Origin: a virus
Length of the DNA stretch: 64,000 nt
IMG/VR virus record: IMGVR_UViG_3300036790_000219
Span: 56,058 to 120,057 of that record
Reading direction: 5' to 3' (one strand)
A model generated the notes under the pieces. It did not search any database. It saw only the letters and a program-made list of their open reading frames with translations, and was not told the origin of the DNA. A program made the position numbers and the translations under genes. Below are positions 35,596-44,336 of this stretch, piece after piece (the first letter of the stretch is position 1; each line of letters starts with the position of its first letter).

Positions 35596-35847
35596 ATGTC
35601 AAAAAGACTGCTCGCGTTTGCTTTCGGTTTGATCCTTGGTATAGGAGGGCTTTCCCTCAGTTTTGCTGCTGGAAGCTTTCCCAGTGTGGAGGATCTTCAA
35701 GAGCAACTCCCTTTGCTTCCGGGGTCACCGCTGCCCAAGCAGGTGATGAACTCCCGAACCGGGCAAATTTTCAACGTCTTCTACGTCCGGGGCCACTACC
35801 TTGGGAATGGGCTTTACGAAGCCGAGCTTCGGTTGGCAGTGAGGTAG
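35596..35847 (+). CDS. Small secreted protein
   Basis: AGGAG RBS; signal peptide MSKRLLAFAFGLILG...SFA. Confidence 0.55.
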   Translation: MSKRLLAFAFGLILGIGGLSLSFAAGSFPSVEDLQEQLPLLPGSPLPKQVMNSRTGQIFNVFYVRGHYLGNGLYEAELRLAVR

Positions 35848-35894
35848 TACCCCAACCCCACCCTGCTCCTTCAAAAGAAGAGGCAGAAACGGAT

Positions 35895-36296
35895 GTGGTT
35901 ATGAATCAGTGGGAATTCGTTGTGGCGATAGGTGGGTTGGTGGTTAACTTACTTGCTGCAGTGATTGGGGGGACTTGGGTTCTAAGCAAAAATAATACGA
36001 AGCTGCTCGGCAAGTTCTACAAGCAACTAGATCTTGAACGCAGGGAAATCGATATCAAGATCGAAAATGTTGCACACTACTTTGGGGAAAGTGTAAGCGC
36101 TATCCGAACGAAGGTGACCGAAGTGGAACTTTGGAACCGCGATAATTTAGCCAGTAAAACAACATTTCAACAGGTAATTGCCGATTTCCGTTCTACCCTC
36201 CAACGCTTTGAAGATAAGCTAGACAAGCGGCTTGGTCGTATTGAAAGCAAACTTGACGACAAGCCAAATAGAGTTTCCCCTGATGATGGGGAATAG
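35895..36296 (+). CDS. N-terminal TM plus coiled-coil protein (lysis accessory)
   Basis: TM at about residues 6-30, then heptad-like segment. Confidence 0.55.
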   Translation: MVMNQWEFVVAIGGLVVNLLAAVIGGTWVLSKNNTKLLGKFYKQLDLERREIDIKIENVAHYFGESVSAIRTKVTEVELWNRDNLASKTTFQQVIADFRSTLQRFEDKLDKRLGRIESKLDDKPNRVSPDDGE

Positions 36297-36341
36297 AGGT
36301 TGCGGCTCCTAAACCGCGACACTGGCGTACTGAGCAAACTT

Positions 36342-36376
36342 GACCCCTGGTGCCTCGCGGTGCCGGGGGTCTTTTC
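36342..36376 (+). terminator. Intrinsic terminator ending the late operon
   Basis: GACCCC...GGGGTC hairpin followed by TTTTCATTT, at the strand switch. Confidence 0.7.
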
Positions 36377-36380
36377 ATTT

Positions 36381-36923
36381 CTAACGTGCGTTCGTGACTT
36401 CCTTAGCGTTGCGAATCTCGACCAGAGAAGCTTCGGGCGCGGGAGGATCAAACTCCATCAGTGCACTTGCAGTCTGTTCGGCGCGACCATACCAGTTCTT
36501 TGTATCAAGCTCATCACTGATCTTGGTTGTGGGGCTATTAATAACCTCCCGCAATAGTCCCGCTGCTTTTACGCAAAGCTTTTTGATCAGGATCATTTCT
36601 TCATGTTCTTCCTCACCCGCCGCCGATACGCCACCTTCATCAAAAGGCTTCTCAATTTTGTCTCGTAGTTGAATCAGTTTGTCCACAGGTAGAAACGTTG
36701 CCGCCCAATGGAGACACTTGCGCAAGTTGGAGTTCTCAAGATCACAGAGATTGTAGTCCTCCTCTCTGACCGTGGGAGGAAGACGCAAAGCCCAATAGCC
36801 ATCGGGGCGTTGTATCCACTCACCGTAGTTGATACTCTTGCCGCTGGCGTCTTCAACCTCAACAAAGCGCCCAGCCACTGGACCAGGCGGTCCGTCGAAT
36901 ACAATATCAATACGTTTGTGCAT
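36381..36923 (-). CDS. Hypothetical protein
   Basis: GGAGG precedes ATG 36923 (MHKRIDIVFDGPPGP). Confidence 0.6.
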   Translation of the reverse strand: MHKRIDIVFDGPPGPVAGRFVEVEDASGKSINYGEWIQRPDGYWALRLPPTVREEDYNLCDLENSNLRKCLHWAATFLPVDKLIQLRDKIEKPFDEGGVSAAGEEEHEEMILIKKLCVKAAGLLREVINSPTTKISDELDTKNWYGRAEQTASALMEFDPPAPEASLVEIRNAKEVTNAR

Positions 36924-37246
36924 AGTCCTGCCTCCGGGCGGTGTGGTTCGTGTTGATTCGCTCTGCGCCAGAACATGTGTTCGTCCCCGCGCATAAGCAT
37001 AAGATGTGCAATGACATCGTCTGTGGGGCACATGGCTCCAGCCCAGGATCCTTGGTAGTACGCAATTGGGGGAATCTCTCCTTCAGGTCACCAAGGATTT
37101 AGCTGTCATTTTTATTATCATCCTCTTCCTCGTAGGCCTCATAAGCGATGCAGTCACATTCGGTGCAGGCGGTAGAACCAGGATGCTTTGGGTCGCTGCC
37201 GTGTTCCTCAATCGAATGGCCACAGTGACAGGGCTTGTCCATGGAC

Positions 37247-37711
37247 TTATTTCTCCAAGAGGGGTTTGAGTTTCTCGATGGTAGACTTTGCAGAGGTGTG
37301 GGTAACCCAGATTCCACCGGCCTGTACCCAAAGGTGTTGGTATTTTGTCCAATCGTCAACCAGGACGTCACCGTGTTGGGCGTGTAGACACTTCTCTTTT
37401 GATAGGCAACACCGCACTTCGACATGCTTGCCTAAGTGCTTGGCAACCCACTTGCGTTTGTTATTAACGGCTTTATCGACCGAAACCGGAACGCCAGTCA
37501 AAACGATTGGTTTGTAGGGGCTGATAAAGTGCCAGAGTTCAAGCATATCTGCCATTGGGGGAATGTTCAAATGAAAGCCTGGGTACTCGTTCACCCGTGA
37601 CCAATCCACATTATCTGCCTCTTTACTGGCACGCTCGCCAAAGACAGTTTCGTGGTGACGGTCAAAATCTGCGAGCACGCCATCCATATCAACAAATAGT
37701 TGCACCTTCAA
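37247..37711 (-). CDS. HAD-family 5'(3')-deoxyribonucleotidase (NT5C-like)
   Basis: FVDMDGVLADFD, VLTG, K..WV.KHLG, LVDDW. Confidence 0.85.
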   Translation of the reverse strand: MKVQLFVDMDGVLADFDRHHETVFGERASKEADNVDWSRVNEYPGFHLNIPPMADMLELWHFISPYKPIVLTGVPVSVDKAVNNKRKWVAKHLGKHVEVRCCLSKEKCLHAQHGDVLVDDWTKYQHLWVQAGGIWVTHTSAKSTIEKLKPLLEK

Positions 37712-37741
37712 TTCTCCCTTCCTCAGCTTTATTCTGGTCCA

Positions 37742-38077
37742 TTATTCCCCACTCATAATTGCTACGTGAAGCGCCTTGTAGTCAATATCCGCTGGCCCTT
37801 CCATCTTGATGAAATGGGTTGGTGTGACTTTGACTTCGTACCACTCGTCGTTGGTCATGCTCCACTTGCAGGCAAGCCAGCCGTCGTAGTTTACACCCGG
37901 TTCTCGCACCGCGCCGTGTTCGTTACTTGGCACATCACGTTCATCTTGGAAGTACCCCATCCCAATACCGAAGGGATTGCAGTTCAAGTCGATGAGCTCC
38001 GGCGCACAGAGAAGCAAGTTGGTATCATACTTGTCCTCAGATACGAGCTCCAAAATGGGACGCCAAGGAAGTTTCAT
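37742..38077 (-). CDS. Hypothetical phage protein
   Basis: LPWRPI...PTHF termini. Confidence 0.55.
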   Translation of the reverse strand: MKLPWRPILELVSEDKYDTNLLLCAPELIDLNCNPFGIGMGYFQDERDVPSNEHGAVREPGVNYDGWLACKWSMTNDEWYEVKVTPTHFIKMEGPADIDYKALHVAIMSGE

Positions 38078-38115
38078 TGTTAGTTCTCCACGGCAATAGT
38101 TTGCATTGGTCGCTC

Positions 38116-38403
38116 CTACTGTGACTGGCGCTTGTTGTGGTTCGCGCGCCTAGACGTTGGTAATTTCTGTTCGGCGTCCGACGCGATTAAGAGATTACTT
38201 CGCGAGCGACTTCCGAAATAGGTAACGCGCTTGAGCATCCCCAAGCCGCGCTCGACGATGTAGCGGACGGTCGGATTCTTGGGAGAAAACCGGCCATTGC
38301 CGCTATGAGATACCGCGCCGTCAACGCCAACAATCTTCTGGCGTTGAACTTCGCGCAGCAGCACCATAGCTCTCGCCTTTTTCTTTCCCTTGTCGGCGCT
38401 CAC
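38116..38403 (-). CDS. Hypothetical basic protein
   Basis: AGGAG RBS, GTG start. Confidence 0.5.
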   Translation of the reverse strand: MSADKGKKKARAMVLLREVQRQKIVGVDGAVSHSGNGRFSPKNPTVRYIVERGLGMLKRVTYFGSRSRSNLLIASDAEQKLPTSRRANHNKRQSQ

Positions 38404-38423
38404 AAAAATCTCCTATTTAATTA

Positions 38424-38525
38424 AGTGTGGGGCTTGACTGGAAGGTGGCCCCACGGTCACCCAGGAGAAAGCAGAGGCTGCGTACTCGGGGGTAACATCA
38501 CAGCCTCGGCTAGGTCGCCAGTCTC
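38424..38525. ncRNA. Candidate structured RNA (pseudoknotted)
   Basis: Stems GTGGGGC/GCCCCAC, GACTGG/CCAGTC, GAGGCTG/CAGCCTC, GGTG/CACC in a 155-nt intergenic gap. Confidence 0.4.
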
Positions 38526-38557
38526 AACCATTCATACTCCTAATGGCTACGCTGGTA

Positions 38558-39628
38558 CTACGCTGCTTCCAGGACTTCAACCCAGTCCTTCTTTGGCAGG
38601 TCGATCAGCCGGTCGCCCATGGACTCAAATTCGACTGCTCGGTCGTAGTTTAGAGCCTTGTGGGCTTGGGCTGTCACAGCGTTGATCACTCCCCACCGTG
38701 ATAGATCAGCGCCTTCGATCAGCGCCGTCAAGATACCACCGCGTTCGGCATCGCTAACGCCGATCTTCTGGGCCAAGACTTCCACGGCCTTGGGGACATC
38801 GCCGGTGATCTTCCCTTCCGTCATTCCCCGAGCCTTTTCGAGCCAACCCTTGAATCGGGTCTCATCAACCACCGCCCGAACCATGTCGCGGATCTTCAAG
38901 AGAATCGCGGCGTCGTCGGCTGCGCGCGTGTCATCCGCCCAGTCGATCTCACCGGTCTCCTGAATGGCTCGGCCAGCATGGTACTTGCGGTAAGCTTCCT
39001 CACCCTTCATACCGTTGAGGCAGAGCAGCCGCCACCGCAGCGCCGACACCGCAGCCGACCCACAACCAACCTCGGAGTTGGAGATCACGCCACCAGCCTG
39101 GACCACGTCGCCCCGCTTGACTTCGCCTTGAACCGTCGGTACGACGAAGTGAATGTACAGCCGCTTCTCCGTGACTTCGGAGGACACGATCTGTACACCG
39201 GGAAGGTCAAACAACACCGGCAACGCCACTTCGGCGATCTCGTTGTTGTCCACGCGCTGATAACGGTTGGAGAGGAAAGCCCGCGCCCGCCCGTGAAGAG
39301 TACGAACCATACGCTTGCGATCATCGGCTTGCAACCAGGTGTTGACGTTTTGCGCAAGCAGAGTAGGCCGTTCGACAAGCATGCGGTCGTAGTACGGCTT
39401 TGGGATCTTCAAGAAGGAACCGACTTGTTCGTGGGCGAGGGGTTGCAATGGGAACGTTCCATTGTCGGGGATGACTAGCGATGTACGAGAAGTACTCTCG
39501 CCGTCTACCGGGCGAACTGATTGGACCGTCATTTGCAACCCACGCGAATCGGCTACGAAGTCCTGCTTCGCTTTTGCGTTCGCGGTGATCTTCGCGGCAA
39601 GTTCATTGAGTGTAATGCCTTTCAACAT
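38558..39628 (-). CDS. DUF932-like protein
   Basis: MVRTL.G.ARAFLSNRY..VDN, GGVISNSEVGCGS, RLLCLNGM, SRWGVINAVT; AGGAG precedes ATG 39628. Confidence 0.8.
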   Translation of the reverse strand: MLKGITLNELAAKITANAKAKQDFVADSRGLQMTVQSVRPVDGESTSRTSLVIPDNGTFPLQPLAHEQVGSFLKIPKPYYDRMLVERPTLLAQNVNTWLQADDRKRMVRTLHGRARAFLSNRYQRVDNNEIAEVALPVLFDLPGVQIVSSEVTEKRLYIHFVVPTVQGEVKRGDVVQAGGVISNSEVGCGSAAVSALRWRLLCLNGMKGEEAYRKYHAGRAIQETGEIDWADDTRAADDAAILLKIRDMVRAVVDETRFKGWLEKARGMTEGKITGDVPKAVEVLAQKIGVSDAERGGILTALIEGADLSRWGVINAVTAQAHKALNYDRAVEFESMGDRLIDLPKKDWVEVLEAA

Positions 39629-39645
39629 TTGCTTTCTCCTGTTAT

Positions 39646-39708
39646 CGGCCTGTCTCATCAGTACAGGTAGGCCATTTCCTGCATACGGCGAACTAGCGCC
39701 GTTTCAAC
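39646..39708 (-). ncRNA. Type II hammerhead ribozyme 1
   Basis: GUU-GAAA-CGGCG(CUAGUU)CGCCG-UA^-UGCAGG(AAAUGGCCUA)CCUGUA-CUGAUGA-GAC-AGGCC. Confidence 0.8.
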
Positions 39709-39825
39709 TAACTACCCCATCTACCAGTGACAATTCTATAGAGGAGGGATCCTAAAATTGCAGTTATAATGAGGCTATTTATAGACCAAATTCCAAGAAG
39801 CCAGCTGATGTAGATGTTCATTTCT

Positions 39826-40266
39826 TCATCCCTCCACAATTCTTTTGGACAGCGGCGCAACCGAATCCGTGGTACAAGTTGCTGCAATCTTGTCGAGCGC
39901 CGCCCGGTCTAGCTTGTACCGTTTGGCCACGGCCTCGACAAATTTATCCTTAGAGAACGTCTGCCGTGGTTTGTCTACCGTGACCATGCAGGTAAACGCA
40001 GTGGACTGCGTGATGACGTGCTCTTCACCTTGCTTCTTCTCGCGCAGAACGTCATCATCGTCAATGAGACCTTCGTCGGCCGCCGCCTTCCAAACCTTCT
40101 TCAGTTGAGAATCAGCGTACTTCTTGGTCTCCTGCCAGACGTATATCTCACCGAGCAACGGGCCTTGGTTGTCGTTCCGTTTGAATGTGAGTACCCCGCC
40201 GTCAGGAGTGGCGAGTTTGTCCAGCTTTGTAGTAAGTAGGGTCTTGACTTTCTTGTCGTCACTCAT
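39826..40266 (-). CDS. Hypothetical protein
   Basis: ORF track; coupled to upstream ORF. Confidence 0.55.
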   Translation of the reverse strand: MSDDKKVKTLLTTKLDKLATPDGGVLTFKRNDNQGPLLGEIYVWQETKKYADSQLKKVWKAAADEGLIDDDDVLREKKQGEEHVITQSTAFTCMVTVDKPRQTFSKDKFVEAVAKRYKLDRAALDKIAATCTTDSVAPLSKRIVEG

Positions 40267-40550
40267 TTGAGCAGTTCCTCTACCGCCATTTGAAATTTCA
40301 TGGCATCGCTGCGGTCGCAGAAGCCAATCTTCACGTAGTGAATCTCACCAATTGTATCAAGAGTTGTGTACGTAGACGCGTTAGCCATAAGTTCAAGCAC
40401 CCCCAATTCCGGTTTGGATCTTGGTTGACCAAGAAGATTAACAATCTCATGACGGAGCTTGTCCTGCTTACTAGAGAGGGGGTACTCTGTGAGCACCGTT
40501 GCAACAGCCTTGGCTGTTGCAATTAGAAGCTTCTGCTCGTCTGTATTCAT
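40263..40550 (-). CDS. Hypothetical protein
   Basis: GGAG RBS. Confidence 0.5.
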   Translation of the reverse strand: MNTDEQKLLIATAKAVATVLTEYPLSSKQDKLRHEIVNLLGQPRSKPELGVLELMANASTYTTLDTIGEIHYVKIGFCDRSDAMKFQMAVEELLK

Positions 40551-40562
40551 CTTTTCTCTCCA

Positions 40563-40832
40563 TTAATCTGTAAACCCATACATGTGTTTTCTAGCCTTCT
40601 GGGAGTCACTTTCAATCCAGTTTGAACCATCGCTGAAAGCAAACCCAAAAATTATGGTTTCCTTCCCATCGGCAACTCTTTCGTACGCCCGCAGTTTAGC
40701 ATGCTCACTCATTTCAGAGAAAGCGAGGTTTATGGCATCGGTATGGAAAGGACCAGCAACATAAATTTTGCCTCGGAATTTAATTGCTGGTTGCCTCACC
40801 ATGAGTTTAACTCCGATTTTTGCCTGGTGCAT
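40563..40832 (-). CDS. Hypothetical protein
   Basis: PAIKFRGKIYVAG..H motif. Confidence 0.5.
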   Translation of the reverse strand: MHQAKIGVKLMVRQPAIKFRGKIYVAGPFHTDAINLAFSEMSEHAKLRAYERVADGKETIIFGFAFSDGSNWIESDSQKARKHMYGFTD

Positions 40833-40843
40833 TTTGCCAGCGG

Positions 40844-41368
40844 TTAGACCCCGCCAGGGAGGGGTCTATCCACAAACCACCAAGCGGCTCCGTTGTGTAC
40901 CTTTTGAAAGGCATCCTTACTTGCAAGCATTGAAGCGATACTGTCACTATTAGCTTGTCGGTACTTCGCAACGTAAGCGCAAAGTTCACGAAAGCTGAGT
41001 GGATGGTTGGCTTCGTTCAAGGCTTGTGCAACCAGGACTGGATATGTAAGTGGTGGCTGTGACACATCCTGTACCTTACCAACGTCCTCTTCCTCGTGCG
41101 TTTCCGGTGCCTGTTCTTGAGGCACTTGGTACCCCATTGCGATCAGGACAGTATCCGCTGATTGGTCAACTGATGTGAAGTCCTTGCTCGTGTAGAAGAG
41201 TTTGCTACCACTTCCATAGTCAGCCTCAATTCGTCGTACTAGGCTGGTATTGGCCCAGATAGTACGACCGTTCTTACTCAATTTAACCCACATTTTGGTT
41301 TCTCCGTTTTGAAAGAATTCCCTGACGCTCACTAAAGAGGCGTCAGGGGTTGAGTTAGCGAGACGCAA
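40844..41368 (-). CDS. Protein with FlbD-like domain and C-terminal winged helix
   Basis: MWVKLSKNGRTIWANTSLVRRIE...; HPLSFRELCAYV. Confidence 0.4.
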   Translation of the reverse strand: MRLANSTPDASLVSVREFFQNGETKMWVKLSKNGRTIWANTSLVRRIEADYGSGSKLFYTSKDFTSVDQSADTVLIAMGYQVPQEQAPETHEEEDVGKVQDVSQPPLTYPVLVAQALNEANHPLSFRELCAYVAKYRQANSDSIASMLASKDAFQKVHNGAAWWFVDRPLPGGV

Positions 41369-41639
41369 CGACCTTGAGATGTGACTTTACCTTCCGGTCC
41401 ACCATCACAAAGTCTTTGCCCATCGCACGTGCTGTCGCAACCACCGTAGCGTGCTTGGGGCGGCGGGTTTTTCCGTTCCACCACGCTCCGTAAGTTGAGG
41501 CACTGACGCCGGTGATCTCGCTGAGCCTTTGATAGCTCTTGATCCCGGAATCCTCCCACACGGTACGTAGAGCGTCAATAACCGGGTCCTTGTCCCGGAA
41601 ATTGTACGTCTTATAGGGCTTCAAGAATCCCCTGCTCAT
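41355..41639 (-). CDS. XRE-family HTH regulator
   Basis: SYQRLSEITGVSASTYGAWWNGKTRRP. Confidence 0.8.
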   Translation of the reverse strand: MSRGFLKPYKTYNFRDKDPVIDALRTVWEDSGIKSYQRLSEITGVSASTYGAWWNGKTRRPKHATVVATARAMGKDFVMVDRKVKSHLKVVASR

Positions 41640-41962
41640 TTGAGTACCTCGTAGATTCCCCGCGACTTGCGGCGGATGAGCTTCTCGCTGAGCATCCTAG
41701 TGGTTGCAGACCCGAGGGACTTCTTAGAGAAGCCCGCCGCAGCTACAATCACCCCGGCCTCAGCGAAGGTGAAGGTCTTCTTGCGTTGGGCATGAAGGGT
41801 CTGAAGAAGAACCTCATGCGCCATACCGGTGGCTTGGACCTTTCCATTTTTCGTCTGTGCCCCCGCCACGGGTTGTACAGACAAGTTGAGTGCCAGCCCG
41901 TCTAGGCTTTTGAGTGTAGGGACTAGCTTCTTGTCATCGACAAAGAACTCTATTCGGAACAC
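41636..41962 (-). CDS. Winged-helix DNA-binding protein
   Basis: C-terminal RMLSEKLIRRKSRGIYEV; similar to 46435..46791. Confidence 0.55.
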   Translation of the reverse strand: MFRIEFFVDDKKLVPTLKSLDGLALNLSVQPVAGAQTKNGKVQATGMAHEVLLQTLHAQRKKTFTFAEAGVIVAAAGFSKKSLGSATTRMLSEKLIRRKSRGIYEVLK

Positions 41963-41989
41963 AACATGCTTTCTCCTTTTGATTAAGTG

Positions 41990-42057
41990 GGCCTGTCATC
42001 GTCAGGCGGAGCTAGGCCAAGTGCTCCACGACCGGGAACTAAAAGCCTGGTTTCGAC
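41990..42057 (-). ncRNA. Type II hammerhead ribozyme 2
   Basis: GUC-GAAA-CCAGG(CUUUUAGUU)CCCGG-UC^-GUGGAGC(ACUUGGCCUA)GCUCCGC-CUGACGA-U-GAC-AGGCC. Confidence 0.78.
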
Positions 42058-42076
42058 TATTTGTTAAACAGTAGAA

Positions 42077-42436
42077 TCACCGCCGATACCGGGACGGTTC
42101 GTCTCGTTTGGTTCCACTGCTTTCAATTGGGGCATTCGCTTTCTCCTTCTCCTGCTGCTTTGCTAGTTTTTCACACCGCTGGCAATTTGCATCCTCACGG
42201 AAGACCGTAACCTCACCCAGCGTTAGACCAAATTTGCCGCAGAGTGAGGCGGCGGAAACAACATCCCGAATTGCGGGTGGGCCTTGGGTATAGAGCCAAT
42301 ATAGATGAATGGCTCTAAACGCCGCAATATTTGCAAAACTCTCTCGTACACCCTTAGACTTCAACCAAGCCATCCAACCCTGCCCGGTGAGAGCGGAAGG
42401 CACTTCGACAACGTGCTCCTTCGGCTTCCGCCGCAT
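42077..42436 (-). CDS. Hypothetical protein
   Basis: ORF track. Confidence 0.45.
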   Translation of the reverse strand: MRRKPKEHVVEVPSALTGQGWMAWLKSKGVRESFANIAAFRAIHLYWLYTQGPPAIRDVVSAASLCGKFGLTLGEVTVFREDANCQRCEKLAKQQEKEKANAPIESSGTKRDEPSRYRR

Positions 42437-42487
42437 TGGTAAAACCCGGCGCGGGAAACAGGCGGTTTTTGCGCGACGCTTTGGGGT

Positions 42488-42820
42488 CTATGCATTTCTC
42501 AACTCCGCGATCTCCGCGCGGAGGTTTTCGATCAGCGCCAGCATCGTTTTCGGATCGACGGTCGCAATATATCGCATATCGTTCCACCCGCTGGCGTGCG
42601 GGTTAACACCGAAATGAGCTTGGCCCTCAAGGTGCGGCTGATACGCGATGTCAAACGAGACATCCCTTACGCTGCCATCCGGTAAGACTCCTAAGTCGTG
42701 CTTGATGACGACGCCATGACTGATTGCCCATGGACCGGGCGTCGCCTTCTTGGCGTTGCCTTCAATCTCGGCGAACACCCGGCGGATAAAATTGAGACGT
42801 TTGGTTCTATCTTCGATCAT
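42488..42820 (-). CDS. Ead/Ea22-like hypothetical protein
   Basis: ATPGPW...YIA..DP..MLALI..L motif. Confidence 0.6.
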   Translation of the reverse strand: MIEDRTKRLNFIRRVFAEIEGNAKKATPGPWAISHGVVIKHDLGVLPDGSVRDVSFDIAYQPHLEGQAHFGVNPHASGWNDMRYIATVDPKTMLALIENLRAEIAELRNA

Positions 42821-43056
42821 CGGACCACCTTTACATCCTTTTCAAAGAGTGTCTTTGCTTCCGGGTCGAGTGTTGCGAGTTCAGCCATAACTTTATTGAA
42901 CCGAATACGAGCCTTGCCAATGTCCGGGCGAATGTGTTCAGCTAGGCGTGCGCCACAGTCCAGACCGACAGAGCGGTTGTGAATTGTGAGATAAAGTCGC
43001 CGCGCTTCGGCTTTTAATACAACAACGTGCATTGCGTCACCGATCTTTTTGAACAT
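42817..43056 (-). CDS. Hypothetical protein
   Basis: Coupled ORF. Confidence 0.45.
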   Translation of the reverse strand: MFKKIGDAMHVVVLKAEARRLYLTIHNRSVGLDCGARLAEHIRPDIGKARIRFNKVMAELATLDPEAKTLFEKDVKVVR

Positions 43057-43273
43057 TTAGCGTTTCCCATGATTTTTGTAGAGGGGGTGTTCGTAGTTCA
43101 TCGGGCAGTCTCGTATATCCGTTGCCCGCAATCGCCGCCCAAACCGCTTTTCCATGCATTGCTGACACAGAAATGTTTCATAGGATTGAGCTTTAGGAAC
43201 GATCATGTTCCATGCTTTTGTGGTTAACATCGGCCCCCAACCGTATCCCGGGCAATCATCACAGATAGGGTAG

Positions 43274-43627
43274 TCAGACCCTCTGGGCATGTTTAGCCTT
43301 CCACTCGTTAACGTATTTGAGCCAGTCTTTGGGCGCGATGCAGAATGAGCGATTATCGGATGCCACCACATAGACCATGGCTTTCGGATTCCGAAACAAC
43401 CTTCCATCCTTTTTGTACACTGCCGCTCGCATGGCGTCCAGAAGGTCGTTGTAGCGGTGAGAGTGTACGGTACCCGGCCCGATCACAAGTGTTACTCGGA
43501 AGTAGTCGGCCTTGGCAAAGATATCGGCGTCCCACTCGCTGCTCTTCTTGAACGGGATATCGGGGAAGGCTGGGACACGTAACTCCGTGTTTTGTCTAAG
43601 TGGGCGTGTGAGGCGTTGCTTTGTCAT
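43274..43627 (-). CDS. Hypothetical protein
   Basis: Coupled ORF (ATGA overlap). Confidence 0.5.
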   Translation of the reverse strand: MTKQRLTRPLRQNTELRVPAFPDIPFKKSSEWDADIFAKADYFRVTLVIGPGTVHSHRYNDLLDAMRAAVYKKDGRLFRNPKAMVYVVASDNRSFCIAPKDWLKYVNEWKAKHAQRV

Positions 43628-44121
43628 CCTTGACTCCTTTCTCTAGCCCGGTTATCCAGCATATCCTGCGCAACTTGTATAGCTAGGGGATTCATCCTTT
43701 CGTGGGCTTCCTTCTCCCACGGGCGGTCGCGATATGGGATGGTGGACTGGTTAAGTGGGGTGTTATAGAAGAGCGTGATTGGTCTCTTCGCTTTGTCAAC
43801 ACCACATCCTAGCACCCCTATCAAATGTTGCTTGACGTGGACCATTTCGTGGCAGAATGCTTGAAGCATCGTTGCACGATCCTGACGGGTGATCTGCATT
43901 TCAAACTCGCGGATAGGCTTACCGCCAAAAATCCTTCTTTTGTTTTGGGAAGTGCCGGCCGGACCAAGACGGCCATTCTCCCCTGGATTGTGTCCCGCGT
44001 AGAGTTCGACGGTGGCCTTATACTCTGATATGCCCAACCGTTTCGTCAGCACCGGAAAGGCTTCCGCGAAGAAGCGGCGCTCCGGTGCGGTAAAGCATTT
44101 ATTGGAAATGCGTAATTTCAT
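43624..44121 (-). CDS. HExxH metallopeptidase-like protein
   Basis: FCHEMVHVKQ...PWEKEAH. Confidence 0.75.
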   Translation of the reverse strand: MKLRISNKCFTAPERRFFAEAFPVLTKRLGISEYKATVELYAGHNPGENGRLGPAGTSQNKRRIFGGKPIREFEMQITRQDRATMLQAFCHEMVHVKQHLIGVLGCGVDKAKRPITLFYNTPLNQSTIPYRDRPWEKEAHERMNPLAIQVAQDMLDNRARERSQG

Positions 44122-44336
44122 GGGATCAGGGCCTCCTAGTTCCCTAAGTCACCAAAAGGTTTTAGTACTCCATGCAACCACAACGAGAACAGTAGCAGAT
44201 CTCTTCGTCCTCGTCACTAACTACCCAGCAACGCGAGCAAGAACGCCCATAAACAGTTCGCATCTTTTGTAATGTAAAGCCCTACACACACGGCGACGGA
44301 GACACTGATCCACATAGCGGCGTATCTGTTCATGGA

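Noticed and set aside
38424-38525. ZTP riboswitch, pistol, twister or HDV ribozyme assignment
   Set aside because: Only fragments resemble those consensuses (GACTGGCGA, AAGCCC) and the stem order does not fit; kept as unclassified.
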